A stretch of DNA of 57,385 nt from Nanobdellota archaeon (lineage in GTDB: Archaea > Nanobdellota > Nanobdellia > Pacearchaeales > GW2011-AR1): NCBI GenBank assembly GCA_030611805.1, contig JAUWPB010000003.1:1-57385 (forward strand). Direction: 5' to 3'. Shown here in pieces: positions 1 through 9,573 of the stretch. The notes below the pieces were generated by a model. The model was not told the origin of the DNA. It made no database searches and saw only the letters and a list, made by a program, of their open reading frames with translations. The translations under genes were made by a program, and so were the position numbers. Every line of letters starts with the position of its first letter. The first letter of the stretch is position 1.

Positions 1-73
1 TAAACTTCGGAATTTTATTTATTAATTTTTTGGCTGAAACCAAAAATGTTTTAAGTTCAGATATCTCTTTCAT
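1..73 (-). CDS. partial CDS (first 24 codons, continues past window start), unknown function
   Basis: ATG at 73..71 with GAGGTG SD-like motif about 8 nt upstream. Frame is open to the window edge (MKEISELKTFLVSAKKLINKIPKF...). Confidence 0.3.
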   Translation of the reverse strand, partial: MKEISELKTFLVSAKKLINKIPKF

Positions 74-75
74 TT

Positions 76-111
76 TAGCCACCTCGTTTTTTAGTTAGAA
101 TAAGGTGGCTA
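76..111. repeat. 9-bp inverted repeat TAGCCACCT / AGGTGGCTA with 18-nt spacer in a divergent intergenic region
   Basis: Read directly: arms at 76..84 and 103..111. It overlaps the SD region of the leftward gene. Confidence 0.5.
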
Positions 112-163
112 CCTTATTTTATAATGGTTTCACCAAAGCCATTATTATTGTATTTTGATTAAA

Positions 164-796
164 ATGACATTAAAATCAGTATTAAAACCATTGAAATGGG
201 CAGATGAGCAAGTGCTTAGACAGTATACTAAGCTGACTAAAAAATGGGAAGATAAAGGAAGAAATATAAAACTTCTTACTCTCCCTCTTAATGTTGGTGG
301 TTTGGGTATATATTTAATGGCTTCTTCTCTTGTTCCTAGTTATGCATTTTTTGGGGGGATGGATTTAGCTAGGAATATTTTTGAAAAAAAAGAAAACATT
401 ACTTCAGAAACAAGAGTTGAGCAATCCCCGATATTTTTATTATATAAAAAAATAACTAATTTTGGAAGATTGCCTTTGTTTGTAGCAGGAGCGGGCATGA
501 CTGTAAAAGGTTTAGCTGATTTATATAATTCGTTCATAAATAATGAAAATATTCAATTAAATGATTCTTTTGAATCTTTAAAAATGGGCTTAAGTTTTTT
601 GTCTGTTTCTTCATCTATATATTTGAAATCTGGAGACCCAAAACTTTTAGATAAAAAACCATTTTGGAAAACAGCTTATGAAAAAGTTAGAGACAAAGTC
701 AAAGATTTAGGTTTAAAACCAATTCCTGTTCCAGTTCCTGCCTCAAATTGTGGGACTTTGGAAAATTATGTTGGAATGAATGATTCTGTTAATTAA
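164..796 (+). CDS. hypothetical membrane protein
   Basis: ORF track 155..796 begins with TTG; the first ATG is at 164. Hydrophobic segments are present (LPLNVGGLGIYLMASSLVPSYAFFGG, LPLFVAGAGMTV). Confidence 0.55.
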   Translation: MTLKSVLKPLKWADEQVLRQYTKLTKKWEDKGRNIKLLTLPLNVGGLGIYLMASSLVPSYAFFGGMDLARNIFEKKENITSETRVEQSPIFLLYKKITNFGRLPLFVAGAGMTVKGLADLYNSFINNENIQLNDSFESLKMGLSFLSVSSSIYLKSGDPKLLDKKPFWKTAYEKVRDKVKDLGLKPIPVPVPASNCGTLENYVGMNDSVN

Positions 797-843
797 TTTT
801 GCGGTTGAGAAAACTTTATAAACATATATGAATTAAACTTCAT

Positions 844-1185
844 ATGAAATCAAATACATATCACATTTTTTTTACAAATCTTGCAAATCCTTTAAAGATA
901 AATATTATTCTTAATCTTAGGGAAAAAGAAAAAAATGTTTCTGAAATTTCTAATGAATTAAAGGTTGAACAAAGTAAGATTTCACATGCATTATCTTCTT
1001 TAAGATGTTGCAATATTGTTCAGGTCAAACAAAAAGGAAAACAAAGAGTTTATTTTTTAAATAAAAAAACAATTGTGCCAATGTTGAAACTTATTGACAA
1101 GCATGCGAAAAGTTTTTGTGAAGGAAATTGTGCGGGGTGTGGGCAAAATAATCAAGTGATGAGCAGGGTTGGGAGGAAGAAATGA
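844..1185 (+). CDS. ArsR/SmtB-family winged-helix transcriptional regulator
   Basis: HTH-like stretch VSEISNELKVEQSKISHALSSLRCCNIVQVKQKGKQRVYFLN and C-terminal Cys cluster CEGNCAGC. First gene of an overlapping operon. Confidence 0.7.
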   Translation: MKSNTYHIFFTNLANPLKINIILNLREKEKNVSEISNELKVEQSKISHALSSLRCCNIVQVKQKGKQRVYFLNKKTIVPMLKLIDKHAKSFCEGNCAGCGQNNQVMSRVGRKK

Positions 1186-1631
1186 AAATAAGAAAGGCGA
1201 AAAAATCTGATGTAAAACAAATCACACAACTTAGAAAAGATAATTTAAGAGATGTGGATACTAAAAAATATCCAAAAAAGGTAAGAGATTTTCTTATAAA
1301 AAGAGATACCGATGAGAGAAATTTAAGACATATAAATCAAAGAGATTATTTTTGTTTAGTAGATAAAGATAAAATATTTGGAACAATAAGTTTGGATAAT
1401 GGAGAGATTGGAGATTTATTTGTTAAATTTGACTGTATTCAACAAGGAAATGGTTTAAAGTTAATAAAACATGTTGAAGAATTTGCAAAAAAGAACGGGC
1501 TTAAGAAACTTTGGTTAGAGTCTGCACAACATTCAAGAGGTTTTTATGAGAAAGCGGGATTTAAGATGAAAGAGAAAATTAATAAGAGAAATAGGAGAAT
1601 AAATTTTGTTATGGAGAAAAATCTAAAATGA
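1182..1631 (+). CDS. GNAT-family N-acetyltransferase
   Basis: GNAT motif-A-like QQGNGLKLIKHVEEFAKKNG and C-terminal FYEKAGF. ATGA overlap with the upstream gene; GGGAGGAAG SD. Confidence 0.7.
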   Translation: MKIRKAKKSDVKQITQLRKDNLRDVDTKKYPKKVRDFLIKRDTDERNLRHINQRDYFCLVDKDKIFGTISLDNGEIGDLFVKFDCIQQGNGLKLIKHVEEFAKKNGLKKLWLESAQHSRGFYEKAGFKMKEKINKRNRRINFVMEKNLK

Positions 1632-2794
1632 AACAAATTTACTTAGATAACGCAGCAACAACAAAAGTTGATGAACAAGTTATAAAAGCAATGCTGCCAT
1701 ATTTTGATGAGAAGTTTGGAAACGCGTCTTCTGTTCACTTGGTTGGGCAAGACTCAAAAAATGCTTTGGAAAAAAGCAGGAAAATAATTGCAAAATCAAT
1801 TGGAGCAAAAACACGGGAAATTATTTTTACCTCCGGAGGCACAGAATCAAATAATCTTGCTTTGAAAGGTTTGTTCTTTAGCAATTACCCAAATAAAAAT
1901 CACATTATCACAACAAAAGTAGAACATGATTGTGTACTGAACACTTGTAAATGGCTTGAAACACAGAGTGCAGAAGTGACTTATCTTGATGTTGATGAAG
2001 AGGGGTTTGTTAGCTTAGAACAATTAAAAAATTCAATTACAGACAAAACAATTGTTGTGTCAGTTATTCACGGAAATAATGAAATTGGAACGATTCAGGA
2101 TTTAGAGGCGATTGGAAAAATTTGCAGAGAAAGAAATGTTTTATTTCACACAGATGTCTGCCAGAGTTTTACAAAAGTCCCAATAAATGTTCAAAAAGAT
2201 AATTTAGATTTGGTAACTTTGAACTCGCATAAGATTCACGGACCAAAAGGTGTTGGTGTTTTGTATATTAGAGAAGGAATAAAAATAACGCCTTTATCTC
2301 ATGGAGGAGGGCATGAAAGAAATTTAAGAAGTGGAACAGAAAATATTTCCGGGATTGTGGGGTTTGCAAAATCAGTGGAGATTTCTAATACCCTAAAGGG
2401 CACGAGAACAAAAGATATTGAAAGGATGACAAAATTAAGAGATAAATTAATTAAAAGTATTTTAGAAATCCAGGATACTAAACTAAACGGCTCTAATGGA
2501 GAAAAAAGATTGTGCAATAATATTAATGTCTCGTTCAGTAATGTGGAAGGAGAAGCTATCGGCGGTTATCTGGAAAACTCAGGGATTTATACTTCAACAG
2601 GTTCGGCATGCGCGTCTCATTCATTAGAAACAAGTCATGTTTTAAAAGCCATTGGACTTTCCCCTGTTCAATCAAATAGTTCATTAAGGATAAGCATAAG
2701 TAAGTTCACCACAGATGAGGAAGTGGATTATGTTTTGGAAAAATTAAAGAAGATAATAATTAAATTAAGAAGGATAAGTCCTTTGGTGAGATGA
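1628..2794 (+). CDS. iscS: cysteine desulfurase (NifS/IscS, class V aminotransferase)
   Basis: PLP-lysine motif SHKIHGPKG, catalytic Cys loop STGSACAS, 388 aa. ATGA overlap with the upstream GNAT. Confidence 0.93.
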   Translation: MKQIYLDNAATTKVDEQVIKAMLPYFDEKFGNASSVHLVGQDSKNALEKSRKIIAKSIGAKTREIIFTSGGTESNNLALKGLFFSNYPNKNHIITTKVEHDCVLNTCKWLETQSAEVTYLDVDEEGFVSLEQLKNSITDKTIVVSVIHGNNEIGTIQDLEAIGKICRERNVLFHTDVCQSFTKVPINVQKDNLDLVTLNSHKIHGPKGVGVLYIREGIKITPLSHGGGHERNLRSGTENISGIVGFAKSVEISNTLKGTRTKDIERMTKLRDKLIKSILEIQDTKLNGSNGEKRLCNNINVSFSNVEGEAIGGYLENSGIYTSTGSACASHSLETSHVLKAIGLSPVQSNSSLRISISKFTTDEEVDYVLEKLKKIIIKLRRISPLVR

Positions 2795-2854
2795 GAATTG
2801 TGACAAAAAAAATTAAAATAAAAAATATCTTAATAAATTAAAAAAAGGATTATA

Positions 2855-3055
2855 ATGGCAAAAAAAATAACTGGAAAAACAAAACTAAGTGAAATAATGG
2901 AAATAAATCCTGAATCAGCAGAAGTTTTATTTGAAGCAGGAATGGGTTGTGCATGCTGTCCAATGGCACAGCAAGAAAGTTTAGAAGATGGTTGCAAGGC
3001 ACATGGAATGAATAAAAAACAAGTTGATGAATTAATAACAAGGTTGAATAAATGA
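2855..3055 (+). CDS. DUF1858-type small redox-disulfide domain protein
   Basis: 66 aa with AGMGCACCPMAQQESLEDGCKAHG, a pattern typical of hybrid-cluster-associated DUF1858 domains. Confidence 0.6.
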   Translation: MAKKITGKTKLSEIMEINPESAEVLFEAGMGCACCPMAQQESLEDGCKAHGMNKKQVDELITRLNK

Positions 3056-3573
3056 AAATTGAAATAAAAAAAGGGACAAAATTATCCAAGGAATTTATAG
3101 ATATATTTGATAAAGCAAAACAAAGCGAATTTACATCAGGACCAATTAAGGATTTTTCTAAATATAGCAGTGATATATTTTTTATTATAAAATCCAATAA
3201 TAAAACTGTTTCTTTTGGGCATCTTAAAAAAATAAAAATAGATTATCTTGGAAAACAATATAATCTGTTTGGGATAGCAAATTTAATTTCTATTAGAAAG
3301 GGGGAAGGATATGGTAAAAACATAGTAAAGAATATGATAAATTATGCAAAGAAGAAAAATAAAACTCTAATTGGTTTTTGCAAAAAACATAATAAAAAAT
3401 TTTATGAGAAATGTAATATGGGATTAAATAAACAACTCTTAAAGAGATTTTTGTACAAAAATTCAATGAATAAGCATGAAGATTATGTTATATATTTCGA
3501 AGGCAAAGATGAATTTATTCAAAAAGTTATTTTAACCAAATCAAATATCACATTACATATCCCTTTTTGGTAA
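3052..3573 (+). CDS. putative GNAT-like acetyltransferase
   Basis: Motif-A-like RKGEGYGKNIVKNMINYAKKKN. ATGA overlap with the upstream gene. Confidence 0.45.
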   Translation: MKIEIKKGTKLSKEFIDIFDKAKQSEFTSGPIKDFSKYSSDIFFIIKSNNKTVSFGHLKKIKIDYLGKQYNLFGIANLISIRKGEGYGKNIVKNMINYAKKKNKTLIGFCKKHNKKFYEKCNMGLNKQLLKRFLYKNSMNKHEDYVIYFEGKDEFIQKVILTKSNITLHIPFW

Positions 3574-3580
3574 ATAAAAA

Positions 3581-3967
3581 ATGACACCCCCATATACAAA
3601 AAAACTTTTAAAGCATTTTAAAAATCCAAAGTTTGTGAAAGATGTTAAAAATCCAGATGGAATTGGAGAGGTTGGCAATGTTGCTTGTGGAGACATAATG
3701 CATTTAGAAATAAAAGTCAAGGATAATAAAATAGAAGATATTGGGTTTAAAACATTTGGTTGTGCAGCTGCTATTGCAAGTTCTGATGTTGTCTGTGAAA
3801 TAGCAAAAGGAAAAACACTTGAACAAGCTAAAAAAATCACAAAAGATGACATCATCAAAAAATTAGGCGGTATGCCTCCAATAAAAGTTCATTGTTCTGT
3901 TCTGGGAATACAGGCTTTGAAAAAGGCGATTAAAGATTATGAAGGGGGAAAGAAAGGTAATTGTTGA
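3581..3967 (+). CDS. iscU: Fe-S cluster assembly scaffold (IscU/NifU N-terminal domain type)
   Basis: Three conserved Cys contexts: GNVACGD, FKTFGCAAAIASS, HCSVLG. Confidence 0.9.
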   Translation: MTPPYTKKLLKHFKNPKFVKDVKNPDGIGEVGNVACGDIMHLEIKVKDNKIEDIGFKTFGCAAAIASSDVVCEIAKGKTLEQAKKITKDDIIKKLGGMPPIKVHCSVLGIQALKKAIKDYEGGKKGNC

Positions 3968-4016
3968 GTAGTAACAAAATAGAAAGATTTATAAATAGTT
4001 CTTTTATTATTTTTAG

Positions 4017-4703
4017 ATGAAACAAGAAAAATTTGATAAAGAAATGCGCAAACTTTATAGAAGGATTGGGGCAAGACAGCAACTCCATTATTTTGATAAG
4101 AAATATATTGGGGCATCAAGTGGTTATGCTATTGGTAGTGGAAGATGTGATAATACTCCTTTTAGCAGAAAACAACTTGAATTTGCACTTATCACGAGTA
4201 AACATCCTATTGTGAAAGAAATTTTAGAAACAGGGTTGGTAGATGATTATGAAAATTGGGAGAATTTTATAGCAAATGGAAAAAAACTTTCAGAAAAATT
4301 AGAAAAAAATTTAGTATTAAAAGGAGTGAAAATTCTTGATTTGGGATGTGGATACATTCCTTCTTTTGCAAGATGTTCGAGAAAACTTGGAGCAGAAGTA
4401 TATACTGTTGATTTAATACCCTCGGAAGAATTTGAATTTGATGAAGAATATTTTTCACAACAAGATAGAGACGAAGAAATTAATAAACATATAAAATTAG
4501 ATTTGTGGGATCCAAACTCACTAGAAAAAATTACACAAAAAACAAAAAGCAATTTTGATTTAATGAGTTCTGCTCATTTAAGCACTTCAGATGGTCCTAA
4601 CGGACATGATGTTATGGAAAGATTTGCTCCTTTATTAAAAAAAGATGGAATTTATTTTGATGCCATGGGAAATATGCTTGATGGGAAAGTTTATCAAAAA
4701 TAA
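4017..4703 (+). CDS. class I SAM-dependent methyltransferase
   Basis: Motif I VKILDLGCGYIP followed by acidic VYTVDL. Confidence 0.65.
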   Translation: MKQEKFDKEMRKLYRRIGARQQLHYFDKKYIGASSGYAIGSGRCDNTPFSRKQLEFALITSKHPIVKEILETGLVDDYENWENFIANGKKLSEKLEKNLVLKGVKILDLGCGYIPSFARCSRKLGAEVYTVDLIPSEEFEFDEEYFSQQDRDEEINKHIKLDLWDPNSLEKITQKTKSNFDLMSSAHLSTSDGPNGHDVMERFAPLLKKDGIYFDAMGNMLDGKVYQK

Positions 4704-4772
4704 TTTTCCAGATTAATTACATTAATCCTTAAAACCCAAAAACCCTAAAAACTCTTGTCCCATCTTCTTATT

Positions 4773-5573
4773 ATGATTGAATCAAAAGTCAAACAAACTC
4801 TAAGAAAAATCAAACTTCCCACAAATACAAAAATCCTCGTGGCTTTGTCAGGAGGAAAAGATTCTGCTGTAACTGCTTATTTATTGCAAAGATTTGGGTT
4901 TAAAATTGAAGGATTGTATATTGATTTGAGAATAGGAAAATATAGTGAAGATTGCTTGAAAGCTGTAAAAGAATTATGCAAGAGGTTAAAGATTAAATTA
5001 CATGTTTATGATATAAAGAAAGAGCAGGGAAAAACAATGCAGGATATTTGGAAGAAGATAAAAAAGAAAAGGTTGAACAATTGTGCTGTTTGCGGGGTTT
5101 TTAAAAAATGGATTTTAAATAAAACAGCAAGAAAATTCAAAGCCGACAAAATTGCAACCGGTCATAATTTAGACGACGAGGCCCAGACTTTTTTAATGAA
5201 TGTCTTTAAAGGCAGCCCGGAGTTAAGTGCAAATTCAGGAGCAATTACCAAAAATATAAAAGACAAGAAATTTATTCCAAGAATCAAACCTTTGTTTTAT
5301 GTTTTTGAGGAAGATGTCAAGAAATATGCCATTCAAAAAAAATTGCCTTTTATTAAAGGTAAATGCAGATACTCTCAGGAATCATACAGGGGAGAAGTAA
5401 GAAATTTTATCAATAGTTTGTCGGGAAAAGACAAAAAAAATATTATGAAAAACTTTCAAAGTTTTTCTGGGAAAATTCAAAAGGATAAAAAAACAAAAAT
5501 GCTATATTGTGAGGTTTGTGGTGAACCATCAAGAGGAAAAATTTGTAAAAGATGCGTACTATTTAGACATTAA
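4773..5573 (+). CDS. ttuA: PP-loop ATPase, tRNA 2-thiolation protein (TtuA/NcsA family)
   Basis: PP-loop ALSGGKDSAV plus Cys pairs CAVCG and CEVCG..CKRC. The track start at 4755 is non-ATG; the first ATG is at 4773. Confidence 0.8.
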   Translation: MIESKVKQTLRKIKLPTNTKILVALSGGKDSAVTAYLLQRFGFKIEGLYIDLRIGKYSEDCLKAVKELCKRLKIKLHVYDIKKEQGKTMQDIWKKIKKKRLNNCAVCGVFKKWILNKTARKFKADKIATGHNLDDEAQTFLMNVFKGSPELSANSGAITKNIKDKKFIPRIKPLFYVFEEDVKKYAIQKKLPFIKGKCRYSQESYRGEVRNFINSLSGKDKKNIMKNFQSFSGKIQKDKKTKMLYCEVCGEPSRGKICKRCVLFRH

Positions 5574-5630
5574 TAAAAAATTATTTCCTCTTATCACAAT
5601 ATTTAGTAAATCAGGTTTGATATTAATTAT

Positions 5631-6101
5631 ATGGAAAAGGGTCTGGAAATATTGCTTGAAAAAATTCCAAAGAATGGCATGTCAAAAAAGTGCCAGGAGT
5701 TTTTTCCCTTTATCACAAAATATTATTTTGAGGGAAAACCCCAAAAAGATTGTCCATCCAAATTTGGAAAACAAAACATTAATCTTGTATATAATAGGTT
5801 AAATCAAATAAAAATAAATGGTCTAAAAAAAATAAGCGGGGTCCTTGCAAAACATCCAAAAGATATTGAAGATGATGTTGCATTTGCCGATGCAGTTATA
5901 GAATATAGTTTTTATTTTAAAAAATTAAAAAAAGAAATTTTTAAAATTTTTAAAAAGCTCAATACAAAAAATAGAAATATTTTGAATAAAAGATATAAAG
6001 AAGATAAAAAATTTAATGAAGATTATCATTCACTACAAGCTCTTACAAGAAACCCAGACTTTTATGTTTTTATCATAGACAAAATACTGGATAAAAAATA
6101 A
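5631..6101 (+). CDS. hypothetical protein (Lys-rich C-terminal half)
   Basis: 156-aa ORF with no motif I recognise. Confidence 0.5.
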   Translation: MEKGLEILLEKIPKNGMSKKCQEFFPFITKYYFEGKPQKDCPSKFGKQNINLVYNRLNQIKINGLKKISGVLAKHPKDIEDDVAFADAVIEYSFYFKKLKKEIFKIFKKLNTKNRNILNKRYKEDKKFNEDYHSLQALTRNPDFYVFIIDKILDKK

Positions 6102-6104
6102 AAA

Positions 6105-6380
6105 TTACTTTTTCTTTGCTATTTTCTTTTTAACAGCTTTTTTTCCTGGCTTTGCTTTATTTGATTTGCAACATTTCATTTTTGAAAACACAAAGATATA
6201 AAGAATTGGCAAAATTCCTACTGTATTAAATACTGCTAACACGATGAACCAAACTACTGAACCCTGTCTTGCTGATTTCCACAATGCTAAAAGCTTCCAA
6301 ACTGCTGACCAGACAATAATGATTATAAATAACCACAAAGAAATTCCAAGCTGAGATGATATAGTTGTTAAATAATCCAT
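6105..6380 (-). CDS. small two-TM membrane protein with Lys-rich tail
   Basis: ISLWLFIIIIVWSAVWKLLALW and VVWFIVLAVFNTVGILPILYIFVF, followed by KKAVKKKIAKKK. Confidence 0.55.
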   Translation of the reverse strand: MDYLTTISSQLGISLWLFIIIIVWSAVWKLLALWKSARQGSVVWFIVLAVFNTVGILPILYIFVFSKMKCCKSNKAKPGKKAVKKKIAKKK

Positions 6381-6493
6381 TTTTCCCTCTTTTACATTTT
6401 AAAGGGAGCGTTGTTTAAAAATATTTTTGATGTGTCACCTCTTTAAAATAATTCTAAATGTTTAAATACTATTTATTGCTAATCTTTTTGCTT

Positions 6494-6509
6494 ATACAAC
6501 TTATAGTAA
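6494..6509. promoter_or_regulatory. candidate NrdR box 1 (degenerate)
   Basis: ATACAACTTATAGTAA matches about 11/16 of the NrdR-box consensus as I recall it. Its start is 31 bp from box 2. Confidence 0.35.
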
Positions 6510-6524
6510 TAAAGGGTATTAAAT

Positions 6525-6540
6525 ATACAATATATTGTAT
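6525..6540. promoter_or_regulatory. candidate NrdR box 2 (perfect 16-bp palindrome)
   Basis: ATACAATATATTGTAT is self-complementary, about 14/16 to the consensus acaCwAtATaTwGtgt, and lies 35 nt upstream of the nrdR ATG. Confidence 0.6.
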
Positions 6541-6574
6541 GTCTCTTTTAAATTGGGTCGCGCTAACAAATAAA

Positions 6575-7012
6575 ATGAATTGTCCATTTTGTTCAAACAC
6601 CACATTAAAAGTAACAGATAAAAGAACTTCTCCTGAAGGCATAAGGCGGAGGAGAGAGTGTTTAAAGTGCAAAAAGAGGTTTACAACTTCTGAAAGAGTG
6701 GTGGAAAATAGCTTTTACATCATAAAAAAAGATAAAAGGAGAGAAAAATTTGAAAGGGATAAATTAAAAAACGGGATAGAAAAAGCATTTGAAAAACGTC
6801 CTGTTTCAAAAGAAAAAATTGATAAAATGATAAACGACATTGAAGAACAATTAAGAAGAAGAGGGAAAAAAGAAATCAAGAGTTCTGTTCTCGGAGAATT
6901 AATTATGAAAAAAATAAAAAAATTAGACAATGTTGCTTACATAAGATTTGCTTCTGTGTACAGGGACTTTCAGGATGTTAGAGATTTTAAGCGGGAGTTG
7001 AGGAGGTTATAA
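6575..7012 (+). CDS. nrdR: transcriptional repressor NrdR (Zn-ribbon + ATP-cone)
   Basis: MNCPFCSNT...CLKCKKRFTT zinc ribbon followed by an ATP-cone-like region. The track start at 6458 adds an implausible hydrophobic extension. Confidence 0.88.
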   Translation: MNCPFCSNTTLKVTDKRTSPEGIRRRRECLKCKKRFTTSERVVENSFYIIKKDKRREKFERDKLKNGIEKAFEKRPVSKEKIDKMINDIEEQLRRRGKKEIKSSVLGELIMKKIKKLDNVAYIRFASVYRDFQDVRDFKRELRRL

Positions 7013-9546
7013 TGGCAAAATATAGTGATGGGTTAGAAGATAAATTAGATATTTCCCAAGTCTCTGTAACAGTATTAGAAAGCAGATATTTAACAAAAGA
7101 CCTTTCTGGAAAATTGCTTGAAACAGGAGAAGACATGTTTAGAAGAGTGGCAAAAGATATTGCTTGTGCAGATGCTTTGTACTTGCCTGAATTCAAAGGA
7201 AAAATTAATCCTGATATACCCACCAAAGAACTTTATAAAATATGTAGAGGCAATGAGCAAATAGAAAAAAGAGAACAAGAATTTTTTGACATTATGAGTA
7301 AAAATTATTTTTTGCCTAACTCTCCAACTTTAATGAATGCGGGGAAAAAATTACAGCAATTATCTGCTTGTTTTGTTTTGCCAATAGAAGACAGTATTGA
7401 AGGCATATTTAATACTAAAAAATATATGGCAATAGTTCATAAAACAGGGGGGGGAACCGGTTTTAGTTTTTCAATATTAAGACCAAATGGAGCATTCATT
7501 CATTCTACAAATGGATATTCTCCAGGACCGTTATCTTTTCTTTTTACATTTAATGAAGACGCCGGGCAAATAACTCAGGGAGGTAAAAGAAGAGGAGCAA
7601 ATATGGGAATCCTAAGAGCAAACCATCCAGATGCACTGTGTTTAACAAGAGTTAAAGAAGAAGAGGGCGTATTAAAAAATTTTAATCTTTCAATAGCTTT
7701 TACAGATAAAGAAATAGAAGCTATCAGGAATGACGACTATATTTTAATGGAAGACCCCAGAAAAGAAGTAGAATATACTATTGAAAATGCAAGAAAAAGA
7801 GCAAAAGACATACATTTTGGAAAAGGCGATATATTCAAAACATCATGGAGATTATCTAATGATGAAAAATCAATAATTGACAATTATTCTGAAAAAGAAA
7901 TTGGAAAAGTTGAAGATAATAAATTATATCTCAAAGCAAAAAGTTTATTTGATATTATCATAGAAGGTGCATGGAAAAAAGGAGAACCAGGAATAATTTT
8001 TATAGATAAAATAAATAAATATAATCCCACTCCTGGACTTGGAGATATAGAAGCTACAAATCCTTGTGGAGAGCAACCTCTTCTTCCTTATGAATCATGC
8101 AATCTTGGAAGCATAAATTTAAGCAAGATGGTTGATAAAGGAAAAATTAACAAATCTCGTTTAGAGAAAACTATCCGCTCAGCTACAAGATTTTTAGATA
8201 ATGTAATTGACAGAAATAATTATCCTTTAAAAGAAATAAATGACATCACCAAAGCAAATAGAAAGATTGGATTAGGAATAATGGGGTTTGCCCATATGTT
8301 AGTGGATATGGGAGTTAGTTATCAAAGCCAGGAAGCCGTAGATACTGCAGAATATGTGATGAAATTTGTAAGAGATGTTGCTAGAAATGAATCACAAAAA
8401 CTTGCAGAAGAAAGAGGGGCATTTTCAAATTTTGACAAAAGTATTTACAAGGATGAAAAACCTCTTAGAAACTCTACTACAACCACTCTTGCTCCCACAG
8501 GAACAATCGGAATAATTGCATCTACTTCACAAGGGGTTGAACCAATTTTTAAGCTTGTTACATTAAGAAAAGTAAAAGATACTCTTGGAAAAGATTTAGT
8601 TGAAACAGACAGGGCGTTTAAAAAATATTTGCAGGAAAAAGATTTGTATGATGAAGACATTATGCAAAGAATGGAGAAGGAAGGATTAGGGATTGATGGT
8701 TTATTGTTACCTAAAAAAACTAAAGATGAAATTAAAAGACTATTTGTTACGGCTCATGATGTTGTTCCTGCACAGCACATAAAAGTTCAGGCAGCTTTTC
8801 AAAAATATACAGATAATGCTGTGAGTAAAACAATAAATATGCCAGCTGAAACAACAAAGGATGATATTGCCAAGGCTTACTTAATGGCTCATGAAATAGG
8901 ATGCAAAGGTTTGACAATTTACAGAGATAAAAGCAGAGAATTTGAATTATTAACTGGTGTTGAAGGATGTCTTGAAGAAAAAGTAGGGAAAGGATTTAGG
9001 GTAATTCCTGTTAGAGGGAGAGATTTGTCAAGGGTTAGAGGAATTCAGGGAATAACTTATGAAATAAAAACAGGATGCGGACCTCTTTTTGTAACTGTAA
9101 ATTATGATGAGAAAGGAGCAGTAGAATTATTTTCAAACATGAATCCTCCAGGAGGGTGTGCTGCTGCGCAAACTGCAACAGCAGGAGTTCTTAGTTCATT
9201 TAATTTGCATAGGGGAGAATCTCCTGAAAGAATCGCTAAACACCTTAGGTCAACACAATGTCCGGAATCAAATGATTTGCTTAGAAAAAACTCCTGCCCT
9301 CAGGCAATGGCAAAAGCATTAGATTTATTCCAAAAAGATTTTGAAAAAATTCAAAAAGGATATACTGGACTTTTGTTTGAAGAAAAAAGTGAGGAGAAAA
9401 ATAATCCTTCAAATAAAATTATAGACAATAGTAATGGTTTGAATTCAGTTGATAAATTATTTTGTCCGGAATGCAACTCAAGATTAGAATTTTCTGGAGG
9501 GTGTAAAGGAGGATTGTGCAATAATTGTGGTTTTGCTAATTGTTAA
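7012..9546 (+). CDS. nrdJ: class II (adenosylcobalamin-dependent) ribonucleotide reductase
   Basis: Active-site block NPCGEQPLLPYESCNLGSINL, 844 aa, C-terminal Cys-rich tail CPEC..CNNC. TAATG overlap with nrdR and GAGGAGG SD. Confidence 0.92.
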   Translation: MAKYSDGLEDKLDISQVSVTVLESRYLTKDLSGKLLETGEDMFRRVAKDIACADALYLPEFKGKINPDIPTKELYKICRGNEQIEKREQEFFDIMSKNYFLPNSPTLMNAGKKLQQLSACFVLPIEDSIEGIFNTKKYMAIVHKTGGGTGFSFSILRPNGAFIHSTNGYSPGPLSFLFTFNEDAGQITQGGKRRGANMGILRANHPDALCLTRVKEEEGVLKNFNLSIAFTDKEIEAIRNDDYILMEDPRKEVEYTIENARKRAKDIHFGKGDIFKTSWRLSNDEKSIIDNYSEKEIGKVEDNKLYLKAKSLFDIIIEGAWKKGEPGIIFIDKINKYNPTPGLGDIEATNPCGEQPLLPYESCNLGSINLSKMVDKGKINKSRLEKTIRSATRFLDNVIDRNNYPLKEINDITKANRKIGLGIMGFAHMLVDMGVSYQSQEAVDTAEYVMKFVRDVARNESQKLAEERGAFSNFDKSIYKDEKPLRNSTTTTLAPTGTIGIIASTSQGVEPIFKLVTLRKVKDTLGKDLVETDRAFKKYLQEKDLYDEDIMQRMEKEGLGIDGLLLPKKTKDEIKRLFVTAHDVVPAQHIKVQAAFQKYTDNAVSKTINMPAETTKDDIAKAYLMAHEIGCKGLTIYRDKSREFELLTGVEGCLEEKVGKGFRVIPVRGRDLSRVRGIQGITYEIKTGCGPLFVTVNYDEKGAVELFSNMNPPGGCAAAQTATAGVLSSFNLHRGESPERIAKHLRSTQCPESNDLLRKNSCPQAMAKALDLFQKDFEKIQKGYTGLLFEEKSEEKNNPSNKIIDNSNGLNSVDKLFCPECNSRLEFSGGCKGGLCNNCGFANC

Positions 9547-9573
9547 AAATTTAGAGATAGATTATATTTGAAA

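Noticed and set aside
2850-3197. Antisense or overlapping ORFs inside well-supported genes. Examples are 340..537, 2299..2517, 2850..3197, 3553..3858, 16350..16601, 18465..18737, 30651..31004, 45039..45314 and 51843..52028.
   Set aside because: They are low-complexity, Leu/Phe/Ile/Ser-rich translations typical of the opposite strand of AT-rich coding DNA, and each is fully nested in a gene with strong motif support.
6458-6574. 39-codon hydrophobic N-terminal extension of NrdR in the ORF track
   Set aside because: NrdR proteins begin with the zinc ribbon. The extension covers the promoter and NrdR-box region, and the ATG at 6575 fits.
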